Sequence record: NZ_CP099764.1
Reading direction: 5' to 3' (one strand)
Origin: a plasmid
DNA: 64,000 nt
The notes beneath the pieces are model-generated. The model was not told the origin of the DNA. It made no database searches and saw only the letters and a list, made by a program, of their open reading frames with translations. The stretch's first letter is position 1. Each line of letters opens with the position of its first letter. A program made the position numbers and the translations under genes. Shown one piece after another: positions 10,994 to 21,650 of this stretch.

Positions 10994-11254
10994 AAACTTT
11001 GACCTCTCTGCAAGGAAGAGGCTACAATCAGTAGTGTTAAGGTACTTCATGCAGGCCTCACGAGTTAATGGATTAACAAGTGGGGTCTTCGCATTTCTGG
11101 TACCTGCGTCTTGCCTGAACCAGAAAGGCTCAGACACCCGCCGCGATAATACCACATTCCCTGTTACTGACCATTCCCTCCATTTCCCGCTTTTCACTAC
11201 AGAAACGCCAGGGGCGGGGAAAACTTGCTTTTTCCCGTCCCCGGGGTTGGACAA
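10844..11254 (-). CDS. overlapping regulatory reading frame of the srn/pnd locus (mok-equivalent, pndC/srnC-like)
   Basis: 136-aa frame overlapping and ending with the toxin ORF, as in hok/mok. Confidence 0.4.
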   Translation of the reverse strand: MSNPGDGKKQVFPAPGVSVVKSGKWREWSVTGNVVLSRRVSEPFWFRQDAGTRNAKTPLVNPLTREACMKYLNTTDCSLFLAERSKFMTKYALIGVLAVCATVLCFLLIFRERLCELNIHRGNTVVQVTLAYEARK

Positions 11255-11272
11255 CTGAGCAACGCGAAGGCG

Positions 11273-11655
11273 TCAGTGGATTTTTATGATCCTTCCAAAC
11301 TCTGCTTCCATTTTTTTCATATCCTGTTCTCTTACTGCGACTATCAGTTGTTTTCCTGATTTTCGTGCCACTCTGGCAAACTGCATGACGGCAGATTCAT
11401 TATTCAAATCAGACCATCCTGTACAATTAAAAATAATAATATGCTCACTGGCGTTCAGCGCATTCCTGATAAAAATAACAGCATAATCATTTAATGTTCT
11501 GTCAGAACAACTGTAAATCTGGCTGAAATCATAATACTTATAATCAGTGATATTCAGTTTATTTAAAAAGCTATCAACTTCGAAGCTGATTCCCCCACTA
11601 TAAGAACATTATGATTAGACGATGTGATTAATTCTGATACTGCCTGATAGTTCAT
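11273..11655 (-). pseudogene. frameshifted ~125-aa ORF of unknown function
   Basis: Minus-strand ATG at 11655 with AAGGTG Shine-Dalgarno (SD) reads 32 codons to a stop at a T5 run (~11565); a second frame continues ~95 aa (…VIFIRNALNASEHIIIFNCTGWSD…) to a stop at 11273. Confidence 0.3.
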
Positions 11656-11757
11656 TTGTTCACCTTTCATTAACAGAGAAATAAGTTAATAATGTAATAT
11701 GCTTCATGCTTTTAAATATCGCATTTCAATGAGAACTCAATAGCCACAGAAATATCA

Positions 11758-12219
11758 TTATTTCCGTGAGCGCCATACCCAGGGCGGAACAGGAGCGCTG
11801 TCTGCCCACAGACCACGTTTCTGCTGTCGTACTTCTCCCTGCAGGACAGGAAGAACAGGATCGGTGTTGTACTGCTCATAAACCCATGCATCGCCTGCAC
11901 GGACCATAAACTGATTAACATTCATTCCGTCTGGTGCATAAACCTGCCCGAGAATACGACCATAATGATCTCGCTGAAAATATGTGACAGTAACCGTTTT
12001 TCCCGCAACCAGAGATTTCATTATTTTTTCAGACCACCGTCCATATTCCTGTTTCTTTTCAGGTGCATCAATATTAACAAGACGGACACGCACCGGATGC
12101 TGAGATAACATGACGTCAATGGTATTGCCATCCAGAACACGCACGCCCCGTCCATGAATATCAGCAGAAAATACCTGACATGAAAAAACAAATAATACCA
12201 CTGGTATATATTTCTTCAT
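11758..12219 (-). CDS. nuc: secreted thermonuclease (SNase/micrococcal nuclease-like)
   Basis: Signal peptide then SNase-like region ...VRLVNIDAPE...; IncF plasmids commonly carry such an endonuclease near finO. Confidence 0.8.
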   Translation of the reverse strand: MKKYIPVVLFVFSCQVFSADIHGRGVRVLDGNTIDVMLSQHPVRVRLVNIDAPEKKQEYGRWSEKIMKSLVAGKTVTVTYFQRDHYGRILGQVYAPDGMNVNQFMVRAGDAWVYEQYNTDPVLPVLQGEVRQQKRGLWADSAPVPPWVWRSRK

Positions 12220-13319
12220 TTTACTCTCCGTCACTGATTACTTTTCGTGATTGCATGAATTCCATGCCGGGATGAATAATGGCTCACGTATCACGCAAAA
12301 AATAAACCGTTGAGTTGTGATCAATTCAACAAAATAAGATGAGGTGACTTAATACACATATGGCTATGTGTTACTAAAAACGCTGGTCAGCCAGCCTGAC
12401 CAGACACATAAGAAACAACGTCTCATGCATTATTCAGCCTCCTGATACCTGGAGTAACGGAGGCTGCTTTTTCTGTCACATATTTCCCGTGAAGGCGTTA
12501 CCGGTTTCCGTGGGTAACATGTGACGGAGATTATATTTTTAATCTCCGTGTATTCATCATACCTGCTCTTGCTGACAGGATAACTGTGTTATATCGCAGG
12601 CTACCGGATGTGGCGCTGAATATAACGGTCATAGATAAGTCATACATGCCCTGCTCAGGGGATTAGCGATAAGACGGACCGGGAGAGTCATCTCCCGGTT
12701 TTTCTTTATCCTGCCGCGAATACAGCCCGGCTGTCTGTCAGATTCACCGGATAACCCTACTGTTATGCATGCCACTGTCACCTCCTGCTTCTTGAAATTC
12801 ATCACATTTTTTATCCCTGCTGGCTTACCCGGGATGTGAAATATGTTAATTCTGTGATGTCCGTTTGAAAGACAGGGCAACTCCTTCTTACACCACTATA
12901 ATAATAATAACGATCTGCCATATAAGTCTGATCCCCCGGAGCTCCGCGACGGGGGTTATTTTTATCGGCACTTACACCGACATGCAGATGCCCTCTTCAG
13001 AGCAAAATCCCGCCATGCTTCACAGGGTGCCAGCCGGGCCGCATTCTGCCAGACCTCTGCCGCTTCCCTGAAAAAGCCACGAATCTCCTGACGGACGGCA
13101 TGACGCCCCTCGCGCTGATAGCGATAAATACTGCTGTGTTCAGATAATCCACTGGATACAGCCATTTTTTATCCCTCCTCTTGACCCGACACCCGGATTA
13201 TGTCAGAAACATTATGAAACATCCCTGAACGGTTGGATGTTTTTCTCCATCAAAACTCTGGATGTCTGTTTTCCCGATTTTTTTCGCTGTTGCCCTCTGT
13301 CATACAGAGGGCGCTTTTA

Positions 13320-13877
13320 TTATTCTGCCAGGATCGCCCGCAGCTCATCCTTGATCCGGTTCTGTCTGCGCACCTTTTCCAGGCGCGCCTGCGCATACTG
13401 TTCTTCTTCCTGTGTGATATGTTCTGTCACATAGCCTTCTGTATCATAGCGGCAGGCACCGGCTTTCATGGCGCCAAGATAGCTTTCTGAACGGGTGATG
13501 GCCTTCAGTGCCCTGCGCAGTTTTTTATGAGAGAGCGGGATATTCCGCTGAGACACCTCATCCAGTAAAACTTCCCGGATACCACAGGCAAGAAGCCGGG
13601 GCGTGTTACCGTCAAACAATCCCGGCCACCAGGGTTTCAGAGTGTTCACCGCCTCATCCAGCGAGGGCAGCGTCAGATAAATGGACAGCGCCTGTCTGGC
13701 CTGTGCTTTCTTCGCCGCCAGCTCTGCTTCCCGGGCAGCCTTCTCCGCCAGTTTCTGCTTTTTCACCTTCCATTTTGGTGGCGTGGTGACATTGATGATG
13801 GTTTTCCGGCTCCGGATCGGTGTTTCCCCTTCCGTTTTCCGTTTCAGTGTCAGTACCGGTCGTTTCTGCTCTGTCAT
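13320..13877 (-). CDS. finO: fertility inhibition protein FinO (RNA chaperone)
   Basis: 185 aa [20 protein letters not shown]...[18 protein letters not shown]... matches F/R100 FinO as recalled. Confidence 0.9.
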   Translation of the reverse strand: MTEQKRPVLTLKRKTEGETPIRSRKTIINVTTPPKWKVKKQKLAEKAAREAELAAKKAQARQALSIYLTLPSLDEAVNTLKPWWPGLFDGNTPRLLACGIREVLLDEVSQRNIPLSHKKLRRALKAITRSESYLGAMKAGACRYDTEGYVTEHITQEEEQYAQARLEKVRRQNRIKDELRAILAE

Positions 13878-13979
13878 GATTGCCCTGACCTTTGTGAAAA
13901 TATGTCCTCCAGGTCGTTGAAACTACTCACTATGATATTAAGCTGACCTCAACGACCTCTGACATATTAATACCGACAA

Positions 13980-14840
13980 TTAAAGATGTTTTTTAAACCA
14001 TTGCGTCTGTACTGCCGCCACACGTTCAAAAAACGCGCCTTCATAAATATCATAATGGCATGCGTCAGCTTCCTCGTATAATTCCTTAGTACCAGAAGCA
14101 ACAGCATCATATAAGGCTCTTCCCTGTTCTGGTGGATTAACACTATCCTGGCCGGCAATAACAACCAAAACTGGGCACTGTACTTTGGCTGCGCTCTCTG
14201 CCGGTTTATATTGCAACGTCTCCATAACCGTAAGGAAAGGTATTTTTATATCCATTTCAGGATACTGACCTTTTACCTTCTCGAAGAATACCTTTGATTC
14301 ATTATCACTCAGTACCCGGGTAACCCCCACAAACATCTCTTTCCCGGTATTTTTCTTCTTTTCTGCCATTTTATTCAGCGTGGACAGAAAAGAAGCTTTC
14401 TCCAGTTCATTCATTTCTCCGGTAACCAGAACCTCACCGTCAGCAAAAGCCAGCTGGCTGACAATACTTTTCACTCTTTTATCCTGCGCAGCTGCATTGA
14501 ATACATGACACCCACCCAGCGATGTTCCCCATAATCCTATACGTTGATTATCAATACATACCTGCTTTTCTGCCCAGTTGATAACTGAAATAATATCTTC
14601 GGTCTGCATTGCCGGAACCAGACGACCTCGTTCCCCTTCACTCTCACCGAATCCACGATAATCAAAAGTAATCGTTGCAAACCCGGCTTCTGTAAACGCA
14701 TTCGCAAAGGAAGGCAGCAGAACATTCCGGATACCGCAAAATCCATGGCATAAGAGAATCAAAGGATGTTTTATATTTCCTTCCGGGACACGAAATGTCA
14801 GGGCAATACCTTCAGGGAGTTTGTGATCCGTAATTTTCAT
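13980..14840 (-). CDS. alpha/beta-fold hydrolase (dienelactone-hydrolase-like)
   Basis: 286 aa with HGFCG and GTSLGG (nucleophile elbow G-x-S-x-G) motifs; sits between traX and finO. Confidence 0.8.
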   Translation of the reverse strand: MKITDHKLPEGIALTFRVPEGNIKHPLILLCHGFCGIRNVLLPSFANAFTEAGFATITFDYRGFGESEGERGRLVPAMQTEDIISVINWAEKQVCIDNQRIGLWGTSLGGCHVFNAAAQDKRVKSIVSQLAFADGEVLVTGEMNELEKASFLSTLNKMAEKKKNTGKEMFVGVTRVLSDNESKVFFEKVKGQYPEMDIKIPFLTVMETLQYKPAESAAKVQCPVLVVIAGQDSVNPPEQGRALYDAVASGTKELYEEADACHYDIYEGAFFERVAAVQTQWFKKHL

Positions 14841-14898
14841 AAATATCCTGTGTTATGTTGTTTATTAATAAGCAGAATCAGCGCCAGCATCATACCAG

Positions 14899-15645
14899 TC
14901 ACACAGCCAGAACGCCCAGCACAGTAAGATGACAGGCATAGAACGTCGGGAAAAAATCCCCGTACCAGAAACGGGGTAGTGATTTCCCTGTACAGGACAC
15001 CAGACCAACAGTCAGCACCGTCATCACAAGGCCGGCCACCGCCGCTGCATCACTGGTGGCAAGGTTAAGCGCCGGAATAACAGCCAGCAGGCAGGCGACC
15101 AGCGCCAGACGTTCCATTCTGTCTTCCGCCCGGTACAGCCTGTGGCTGACTGCCAGCATCAGCAGCCCGGCAATGCCGTAACTGGTGCCGGAGAAAGGCA
15201 ACCACATTGCCAGAAGCAACATGGCCTCTGCGGAACGCCACCAGGTGCGCGTTTCACACCATGTCAGCACCTGTGCCGCAACTGCAAAGGCAAACAGGAT
15301 ATTCCCCTCATACCAGGGAAAGCCGGCCAGATAATATGCGAACTGGGCAATCACCGCCCATCCCCACAGCCGGTTAATGGCCTCCTGCCGGATATGCGTA
15401 TGACGGGACAGATTCAGCCCCCACACCAGGGCAAACAGCGGAAAGGCCCCACGCCCGACCAGAAACATCCACGACTGGTCCAGATGCAGAATGCGGTTTG
15501 CATGGTCCAGAACCATCAGCACCAGTGCCACCGTTTTGATGATATCCCGCTGTCCGGGTGACCAGACCAGCAACGACTGCAACCAGGTATCGGTCCGGGC
15601 AGCCAGTGAATCATTACGTGTTGTGTTCGTGTTATCCGTTGTCAT
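14899..15645 (-). CDS. traX: TraX, F-pilin N-acetylase (polytopic membrane protein)
   Basis: 248 aa, hydrophobic; the last gene of the tra operon after traI. Confidence 0.9.
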   Translation of the reverse strand: MTTDNTNTTRNDSLAARTDTWLQSLLVWSPGQRDIIKTVALVLMVLDHANRILHLDQSWMFLVGRGAFPLFALVWGLNLSRHTHIRQEAINRLWGWAVIAQFAYYLAGFPWYEGNILFAFAVAAQVLTWCETRTWWRSAEAMLLLAMWLPFSGTSYGIAGLLMLAVSHRLYRAEDRMERLALVACLLAVIPALNLATSDAAAVAGLVMTVLTVGLVSCTGKSLPRFWYGDFFPTFYACHLTVLGVLAV

Positions 15646-15664
15646 CAGCGTTTATCTTCCTGTG

Positions 15665-18600
15665 TCAGTCTCCGCCCAGGGTTTTCTCTTTCTGCAGGTC
15701 ACGAACCATATCCCGCTCCATCTGCTGCAGTCGCTCCTGCAGCAGATTTTCCCGGGCAACCTCCCGGACCGCTTCCCGCACCCGTTGTGGTTCACGCAGT
15801 ACACTCTCCGGCAGCGCAGCTTCCCGTTCAGATATGGCAGACCTGTCACGCTCCAGCCCGGCAATATCCCTGACAGCCTGCTCTGTTTTGCCGTCCGGCA
15901 GGTCAGGTTTGTTCTCTGCCATTTTACGGACAATTTCATCCGCACGGCGTTCCGTTTCACGGCGGATGGCCTCTTCAGCCTGCCGCTGTGCCAGTACCTC
16001 TGCCGTGACCGGTTCGCCATTTCCGGCTCCCGGCTGAACGCTGTTGTCCGGGATATCCCCCCACACGCGACCACCGGTGATGGTACCGGGATTCCACGGA
16101 CGACCTTCACCGGCGATTCTTACCACCACACCGCTGTCAGGATTATCACGGGCAATCTGGACACCATCCTGCATATTATCAGCCAGCAGGCTCTCTCCGT
16201 TACGGCTGCCCTGCAGGGCCACGAACTGCGCATCCCCGCTGCCTTTCACCCGGCCTTCACCACTGAAGCCCCGCAGCCCGTTTCCGTCATCCGTGGTCAG
16301 CGGGTTCAGCCAGATACCAGCTGACTTGCCGTTACGGTCAAAAGCCGGCAGTGCCACATACGGCTGCGGATATTTGCGCCCGGGTGCAATAAACCGTGCA
16401 GGACTGTCTCCCCCGGCCAGCCCTGCCTGACGGAGAACGGCACGGCCGGCCACCACGTCCCGCAGCTCCCGCGCCGTACTGAACAGCCGCTCTGCATTCA
16501 TGACCTCCCGGTCCGATTTCGGCTCTAGCACATCGTGGGCAGTTCCTTTCTGTACGGCATTGTTAATGGCATCCGTCCAGCCCTGACGGTTATCGGTATA
16601 CACCTGCACATGCTGCTTCATACGCGACAGGGCCACGTAGGCTGACTCAAAACCGGCCATCTGTTTCCGGTTACCTTCCGTGCCTTCAAGCGCAATGGCA
16701 AAGGTTTCACTTGCCCCCTGCGCACCGTGGGCGGTGATGGCATAGGCCAGGTCAATATGTTGCTCTGCCCGCTCCTGACCGGGGCGAATCACCCGGGTCT
16801 GCTGTCCGTCCGACAGCGTGACACTGTCACCGGAAACCGCTGTCACCGTCCAGACGCTGTTGGCCACATAACCGCGCTCCCGGTCACTCTTCGTGAAGCG
16901 CATCCGGTCACCGGTTCCCACCCGGATGGTGTCCGGAGTGTACAGTGTGACGCCTTCAGCCACCGCCTCCCGGGGCGAAATCAGCCGCGTGTTACCTTCC
17001 GCATCCTGCAAGGTTATCAGCCCGTCATCCTTGCTGATACCGGCAATCCGGTGATACACATTATCCACCAGGGCAAGTGCGTCCCGATGTGTCTCCCAGG
17101 TGGAGAGACGACGCAACTCCCCGTCGCGTATATTCGCTGTGTTCAGGACAGGCGCCATGACCTGCTCTTTTCCCAGCTCACCGGCCTTTTCCCGTGCATC
17201 ATGAATCATGCTGTTCAGTACGCGCCGGTCCTCATTCAGATGCGTGACAATCAGCGTCTGCTCCCGTGCTTCCGGCGTCCTGCCGGTATAATCGCGGACA
17301 ATGGCTTCATACAGTGTCATGGGAATATCCGGAAAAGCCTCACCTTTCAGCATCGCCTTCTGCTGCGCTTCTGCCAGTTTCGCTTCCTGGCTGTGACTGA
17401 ACTCCGTCACGGAGTGCTCCGGTACCCATGCGCCCTCCTGACGTGGCACCTGAGACGGTTTCACACTCTCAAGCCCGGACAGTGCCCTTTCCACATCCCG
17501 GTTAATCAGGCTGTATACCGCCTCCCGCAGCTCCGGCGTCTGGCGCACAATCTCCTTCATGATGGCCACATCGGCAGCACTGCGCGTCTGCTGGAGACGG
17601 AAAGGCTGACCGGGCGCGATGGCCTGCAACTGGTCCGTGTCACCACTGGCCACGGCACGACCGCCACCGGCCGCAATCAGGGCGTATGCCCGTGCCATGT
17701 CGGTATTGCCCACCATAGAGCTCTCATCGAGCAGGAACAGCGTGTTGCTGAAATTCGGCGTTTCTCCGCTGCGCTGCAGCAGCTGCGTGTCATGCAGAAA
17801 GGACGCCAGCGTCTGTGCATCCACGCCGGCGCTGCGCATCTCACCGACCGCACGGTGCGTGGGCCCCAGCCCCACGACACGGGGACGTTCACTCTCCGGC
17901 AGCATGTTCACGGCTGACATCACCGCCCGGAACTGTGTGGTCTTACCCACACCGGCATAGCCCTGCACCACCGTGAAACGGTCGGACGTTTCCAGTATCA
18001 TGCGGGTAGCGGCACGCTGTCCTGATGTCAGTTTCTCCATGAGTTCGCCAGGTACTCTCTCCATCAGTGGCGTGACCGCCTCCTTACCTTCGAGAATATG
18101 GCGAAGAATGCTCTTTTCTGCCTCATACGACGCACGGGAAACCAGCAGGCCTGTGCCATAGCCTTTTGCCACATCCACATACAGTAAATCACCGCGTTTT
18201 ATCTGCGCATTGATTTCCCCTCCCAGTTCAGTAAAACTGGTTCCTTCTGCAGCAAACGACTTCGCCTCTGTCAGCAGGTCCACCATGCTGAAGGCCAGGT
18301 TTTTACTTTCCACCACAGGAAGCGCCAGATGAATAGCCTGCTGTGCCGGCGTGTGAAGCCCGGTTTTCTGCAGACTGATAGCGGTTTCCAGCAATGTCTC
18401 ACCGGCACGTGCCTTTATCTGCTCAGAAACCACCGTAAAGGAGGGATGGCGGGCAAGTTTTTCCGCAGTACGGGTTTCATCCAGTGAGGAATACAGCCGG
18501 ACATCACGACCGCTGCGGGCCAGACCGTTCAGGGTGGCGTTGTCCATTGCCATCTGTGTGACGGAGGCAAAAACCTTCGCACTGTCGCTGACGGAATGCC

Positions 18601-20935
18601 CAGGCGTTTCCACCCAGCCGTTCTCCAGCTTCAGTGCCATGAATGGTGAATCGCTCACAGGCAGGGTGGCCGGTTCAGCCCGCCCCGGCACAACAACCGT
18701 CATCGCATCTTCACTGACGGATGCCACCTGCAGGCGGTCACCGCCGGAGACGCGGAGTCCGGGAATTTTCCCTGTCACCCTCAGTCGCTCGCCGTCTGCC
18801 ACTGGCATTTTTTCCGGCCGGAACAGCGACCAGCTGCTGTCCAGGGAGGAAATACGCACCACCTGCGTTTCACCCTGCGCATCCCGCAGGGTCAGGCTGT
18901 TACTCTGCGCCGTCACCCGGTCGATAACATAGCGGTCATGACTGCGTGTCTCCGGGTTCCACTGCTCCATCACCATCCCCGGACGGTACATATCCCGCAG
19001 ATAACGGCTCCGGCTGTCCAGCCAGACCGGCGACAGGGCGGTCATGGTTACCTCCGGGCGTCCGAGCACGCCCTGTGTTTTCAGCTCACTGCGAATGGCC
19101 TGTGTCAGTATGGCCTGTTCCCGTACCCCGCTGACCTGTGCCACGCTCTCTTCTCCGGCTTTCACGCTGGCAGCAAAATCTCCTGCCAGCCGGGCATAGC
19201 GGACATTACGGTCCGGTTCACTGATGATGGTGGCCGGCCGCTGTTCTCCCCCCTGCCAGCGATATGTGTTCACCCCGGCATCTTTCATGGCCATCAGTGC
19301 ACTGCCTGTACCGGTTCGCTGCCCGCTGTCGGTTATCAGGACCTGTACGTTATGACGTGCGGCACCGTCCAGCAGGGTTAACGTCTCTTTCAGGGAGAGT
19401 TTTTCGCCCTGGTCAACGATAACAGTATTGCCCGGCGTGAAGGCCATGCCCTCCTGCAGCTGACGACGTCCGGTTATCAGCTCACCGGACAGCCGTTCAT
19501 CCTGCTTCAGGTTCATCTGCGAGCGACGGTCAGCGGCGATAATCTGCACCTCCCGCCCCTGCTCCCGGGCCATCATGACCAGCTCCGCCACCCGCTCACG
19601 CTGCCCGGCTGCACCGCCCTGCCCGGACACAATAGCCAGCGACGGGCGATCCTGTGCCAGAACACTGACCGCATCGCTGTAACCGGCCGTCCGGGGGACA
19701 CTTTTCTCCGGATGTACGGTCACCCGGTTCTGTTTCATGATGTCACGACTGAGTGCCCGGACTGACAGCTCATCGAGCACATGAATCCCGGACGTGAACA
19801 GCCCCTTCTCACGATCGAGGGGGATAAGCTGCTCACGGCTGATGGCCTCATCGATACCGGCGCGTGCCCGTTCAATCACACCATTTTCCGGCGGCAGTAT
19901 GCCGACCGTTCTGGCCAGCACGTCAGTGTACGTAAACTGCACTTTGCGTTCACTTAATCCGGCAATGGCCTGTGTCACCGCCTGCTGCACATCCGGCCCG
20001 TCCTGTGAAGCGGGTCCGGGCGTCTGCGTGCGGGTCTCCGCCCGTTGGTCCGCCGCGTCACGATACGCCCGGATGTCGAACCCGGTTTCCTTCAGCGTCT
20101 GCATCCATTCAGCCATTCTGACTTCAGGATCGACGTGCTGTTTGGATTTTCGCGTATCCAGTGCCGCCACATCCCGGGATTTCAGCGAGGCGTCTTCCCC
20201 GACGGCCTCCCGGATAGCCTGTGAGCGTCCGGAGAAGGCCTCCACCGGTACGCCCGGCATCTCCCACATACCGTGCTTACCAACCACTTCCGTTTCATAG
20301 CCCAGCGCCTCAACCTGCTCTTTCAGTTTTTCCCGGTAGAGCCTGCCGAAGGCAATCTGATTAGCGTACACATTCTCAATGAACCCCGTTTTCCCCACTT
20401 TGTCACTGCTCAGTGTCTTCCACTCGCCGTTATGCTGCGTGACATTGGCCACTACCGCATGTGTGTGTAACTGTGGTTCCTGATCGCGACTGGTGTCGTG
20501 GTTAAACAGTGCCATCACCAGATTACCGGTCAGCACCGTTTCTGACTGTCCGTCCGTCATAACCCGTGTGGAAGCCAGCGCCTCCACCTGACGGACAGCA
20601 AAATCCACGGCCTGGTTATGTGCATCAATAAGACGTTTATCACCGCCTAACATGGCCATCACGGAGACACTTTTGGGGGCGGAGAAGGTCAGGTCGTAGC
20701 CGGGACGATGCTTATTACTGCCATCCTGCATGCGGCTTAAATCCGCTCCGTCCGGCAGCTTCCCCTCCAGAAGACGGGTAAAAACATCCTTATCGACGCT
20801 GCCCTGCAGCCCCAGCTGTTCAGCCCCCCTGCCGGCCCAGCGTTCTCCCATGCTGCCCAGCACATAGTAATTATCCTTGTCGGTATAATAGTTACCGGCA
20901 CTTCCGGCCGATCTGACCTGCGCGATACTCATCAT
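15665..20935 (-). CDS. traI: TraI relaxase/helicase
   Basis: ~1756 aa from MMSIAQVRSAGSAGNYYTDKDNYY (F TraI N-terminus); contains helicase Walker motifs. Confidence 0.95.
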   Translation of the reverse strand: MMSIAQVRSAGSAGNYYTDKDNYYVLGSMGERWAGRGAEQLGLQGSVDKDVFTRLLEGKLPDGADLSRMQDGSNKHRPGYDLTFSAPKSVSVMAMLGGDKRLIDAHNQAVDFAVRQVEALASTRVMTDGQSETVLTGNLVMALFNHDTSRDQEPQLHTHAVVANVTQHNGEWKTLSSDKVGKTGFIENVYANQIAFGRLYREKLKEQVEALGYETEVVGKHGMWEMPGVPVEAFSGRSQAIREAVGEDASLKSRDVAALDTRKSKQHVDPEVRMAEWMQTLKETGFDIRAYRDAADQRAETRTQTPGPASQDGPDVQQAVTQAIAGLSERKVQFTYTDVLARTVGILPPENGVIERARAGIDEAISREQLIPLDREKGLFTSGIHVLDELSVRALSRDIMKQNRVTVHPEKSVPRTAGYSDAVSVLAQDRPSLAIVSGQGGAAGQRERVAELVMMAREQGREVQIIAADRRSQMNLKQDERLSGELITGRRQLQEGMAFTPGNTVIVDQGEKLSLKETLTLLDGAARHNVQVLITDSGQRTGTGSALMAMKDAGVNTYRWQGGEQRPATIISEPDRNVRYARLAGDFAASVKAGEESVAQVSGVREQAILTQAIRSELKTQGVLGRPEVTMTALSPVWLDSRSRYLRDMYRPGMVMEQWNPETRSHDRYVIDRVTAQSNSLTLRDAQGETQVVRISSLDSSWSLFRPEKMPVADGERLRVTGKIPGLRVSGGDRLQVASVSEDAMTVVVPGRAEPATLPVSDSPFMALKLENGWVETPGHSVSDSAKVFASVTQMAMDNATLNGLARSGRDVRLYSSLDETRTAEKLARHPSFTVVSEQIKARAGETLLETAISLQKTGLHTPAQQAIHLALPVVESKNLAFSMVDLLTEAKSFAAEGTSFTELGGEINAQIKRGDLLYVDVAKGYGTGLLVSRASYEAEKSILRHILEGKEAVTPLMERVPGELMEKLTSGQRAATRMILETSDRFTVVQGYAGVGKTTQFRAVMSAVNMLPESERPRVVGLGPTHRAVGEMRSAGVDAQTLASFLHDTQLLQRSGETPNFSNTLFLLDESSMVGNTDMARAYALIAAGGGRAVASGDTDQLQAIAPGQPFRLQQTRSAADVAIMKEIVRQTPELREAVYSLINRDVERALSGLESVKPSQVPRQEGAWVPEHSVTEFSHSQEAKLAEAQQKAMLKGEAFPDIPMTLYEAIVRDYTGRTPEAREQTLIVTHLNEDRRVLNSMIHDAREKAGELGKEQVMAPVLNTANIRDGELRRLSTWETHRDALALVDNVYHRIAGISKDDGLITLQDAEGNTRLISPREAVAEGVTLYTPDTIRVGTGDRMRFTKSDRERGYVANSVWTVTAVSGDSVTLSDGQQTRVIRPGQERAEQHIDLAYAITAHGAQGASETFAIALEGTEGNRKQMAGFESAYVALSRMKQHVQVYTDNRQGWTDAINNAVQKGTAHDVLEPKSDREVMNAERLFSTARELRDVVAGRAVLRQAGLAGGDSPARFIAPGRKYPQPYVALPAFDRNGKSAGIWLNPLTTDDGNGLRGFSGEGRVKGSGDAQFVALQGSRNGESLLADNMQDGVQIARDNPDSGVVVRIAGEGRPWNPGTITGGRVWGDIPDNSVQPGAGNGEPVTAEVLAQRQAEEAIRRETERRADEIVRKMAENKPDLPDGKTEQAVRDIAGLERDRSAISEREAALPESVLREPQRVREAVREVARENLLQERLQQMERDMVRDLQKEKTLGGD

Positions 20936-21016
20936 AAACGTATATCCCTTTGACATATCCCGGTATCAATCCCACAATGGATATACACAAGACATATCCA
21001 CATAAGGAGGCAAATA

Positions 21017-21244
21017 ATGGAAACCACCGTATTTTTCAGCAACCGCAGCCAGGCGGTCAGACTGCCAAAAGCGGTTGCATTGCCGGAAAACGTAAAACGC
21101 GTTGAAGTGATTGCTGTCGGACGAACCAGAATCATTACGCCAGCCGGAGAGACATGGGACGAATGGTTCGACGGACACAACGTCAGCGCCGATTTTATGG
21201 ATAACAGGGAACAGCCCGGCATGCAGGAAAGGGAGTCATTCTGA
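21017..21244 (+). CDS. vapB: VapB/MvpA-type antitoxin (AbrB/SpoVT fold)
   Basis: 75 aa METTVFFSNRSQAVRLPKAV...; stop/start overlap with the PIN gene. Confidence 0.8.
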   Translation: METTVFFSNRSQAVRLPKAVALPENVKRVEVIAVGRTRIITPAGETWDEWFDGHNVSADFMDNREQPGMQERESF

Positions 21245-21642
21245 TGCTGAAGTTTATGCTCGATACCAACATCTGCATTTTCACGATAAAGAACAAACCC
21301 GCCAGCGTCAGGGAGCGTTTTAACCTGAACCAGGGGAGAATGTGTATCAGTTCGGTCACCCTGATGGAGCTGATATATGGTGCAGAAAAAAGCCAGATGC
21401 CTGAACGTAATCTCGCTGTGATCGAGGGATTTGTTTCCCGCATTGATGTTCTGGATTACGACGCTGCCGCAGCCACACACAGCGGCCAGATAAGAGCAGA
21501 ACTTGCCCGTCAGGGACGCCCTGTCGGGCCATTTGATCAAATGATCGCAGGTCATGCCCGCAGTCGGGGACTGATTATTGTGACTAATAACACCCGGGAA
21601 TTTGAACGTGTGGACGGTCTGAGAATTGAAGACTGGAGCTGA
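21244..21642 (+). CDS. vapC: VapC/MvpT PIN-domain toxin
   Basis: 132 aa MLKFMLDTNICIF... carrying PIN acidic residues. Confidence 0.85.
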   Translation: MLKFMLDTNICIFTIKNKPASVRERFNLNQGRMCISSVTLMELIYGAEKSQMPERNLAVIEGFVSRIDVLDYDAAAATHSGQIRAELARQGRPVGPFDQMIAGHARSRGLIIVTNNTREFERVDGLRIEDWS

Positions 21643-21650
21643 CCTGTTCA

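Noticed and set aside
12240-13320. ~1 kb between the nuclease gene and finO with only short ORFs (12629-12880, 12962-13165)
   Set aside because: None of the ORFs has convincing coding character or motifs. The region may hold replicon or incompatibility remnants, but I cannot support a specific feature from sequence alone.
16727-17917. 396-aa + strand ORF (and several other 100-280 aa + strand ORFs between 15.1 and 20.3 kb)
   Set aside because: They lie entirely antisense within traI or traX. They are GC-rich Arg/Pro/Gly-heavy artefact frames with no SD or known motif. TraI coding is unambiguous on the minus strand.
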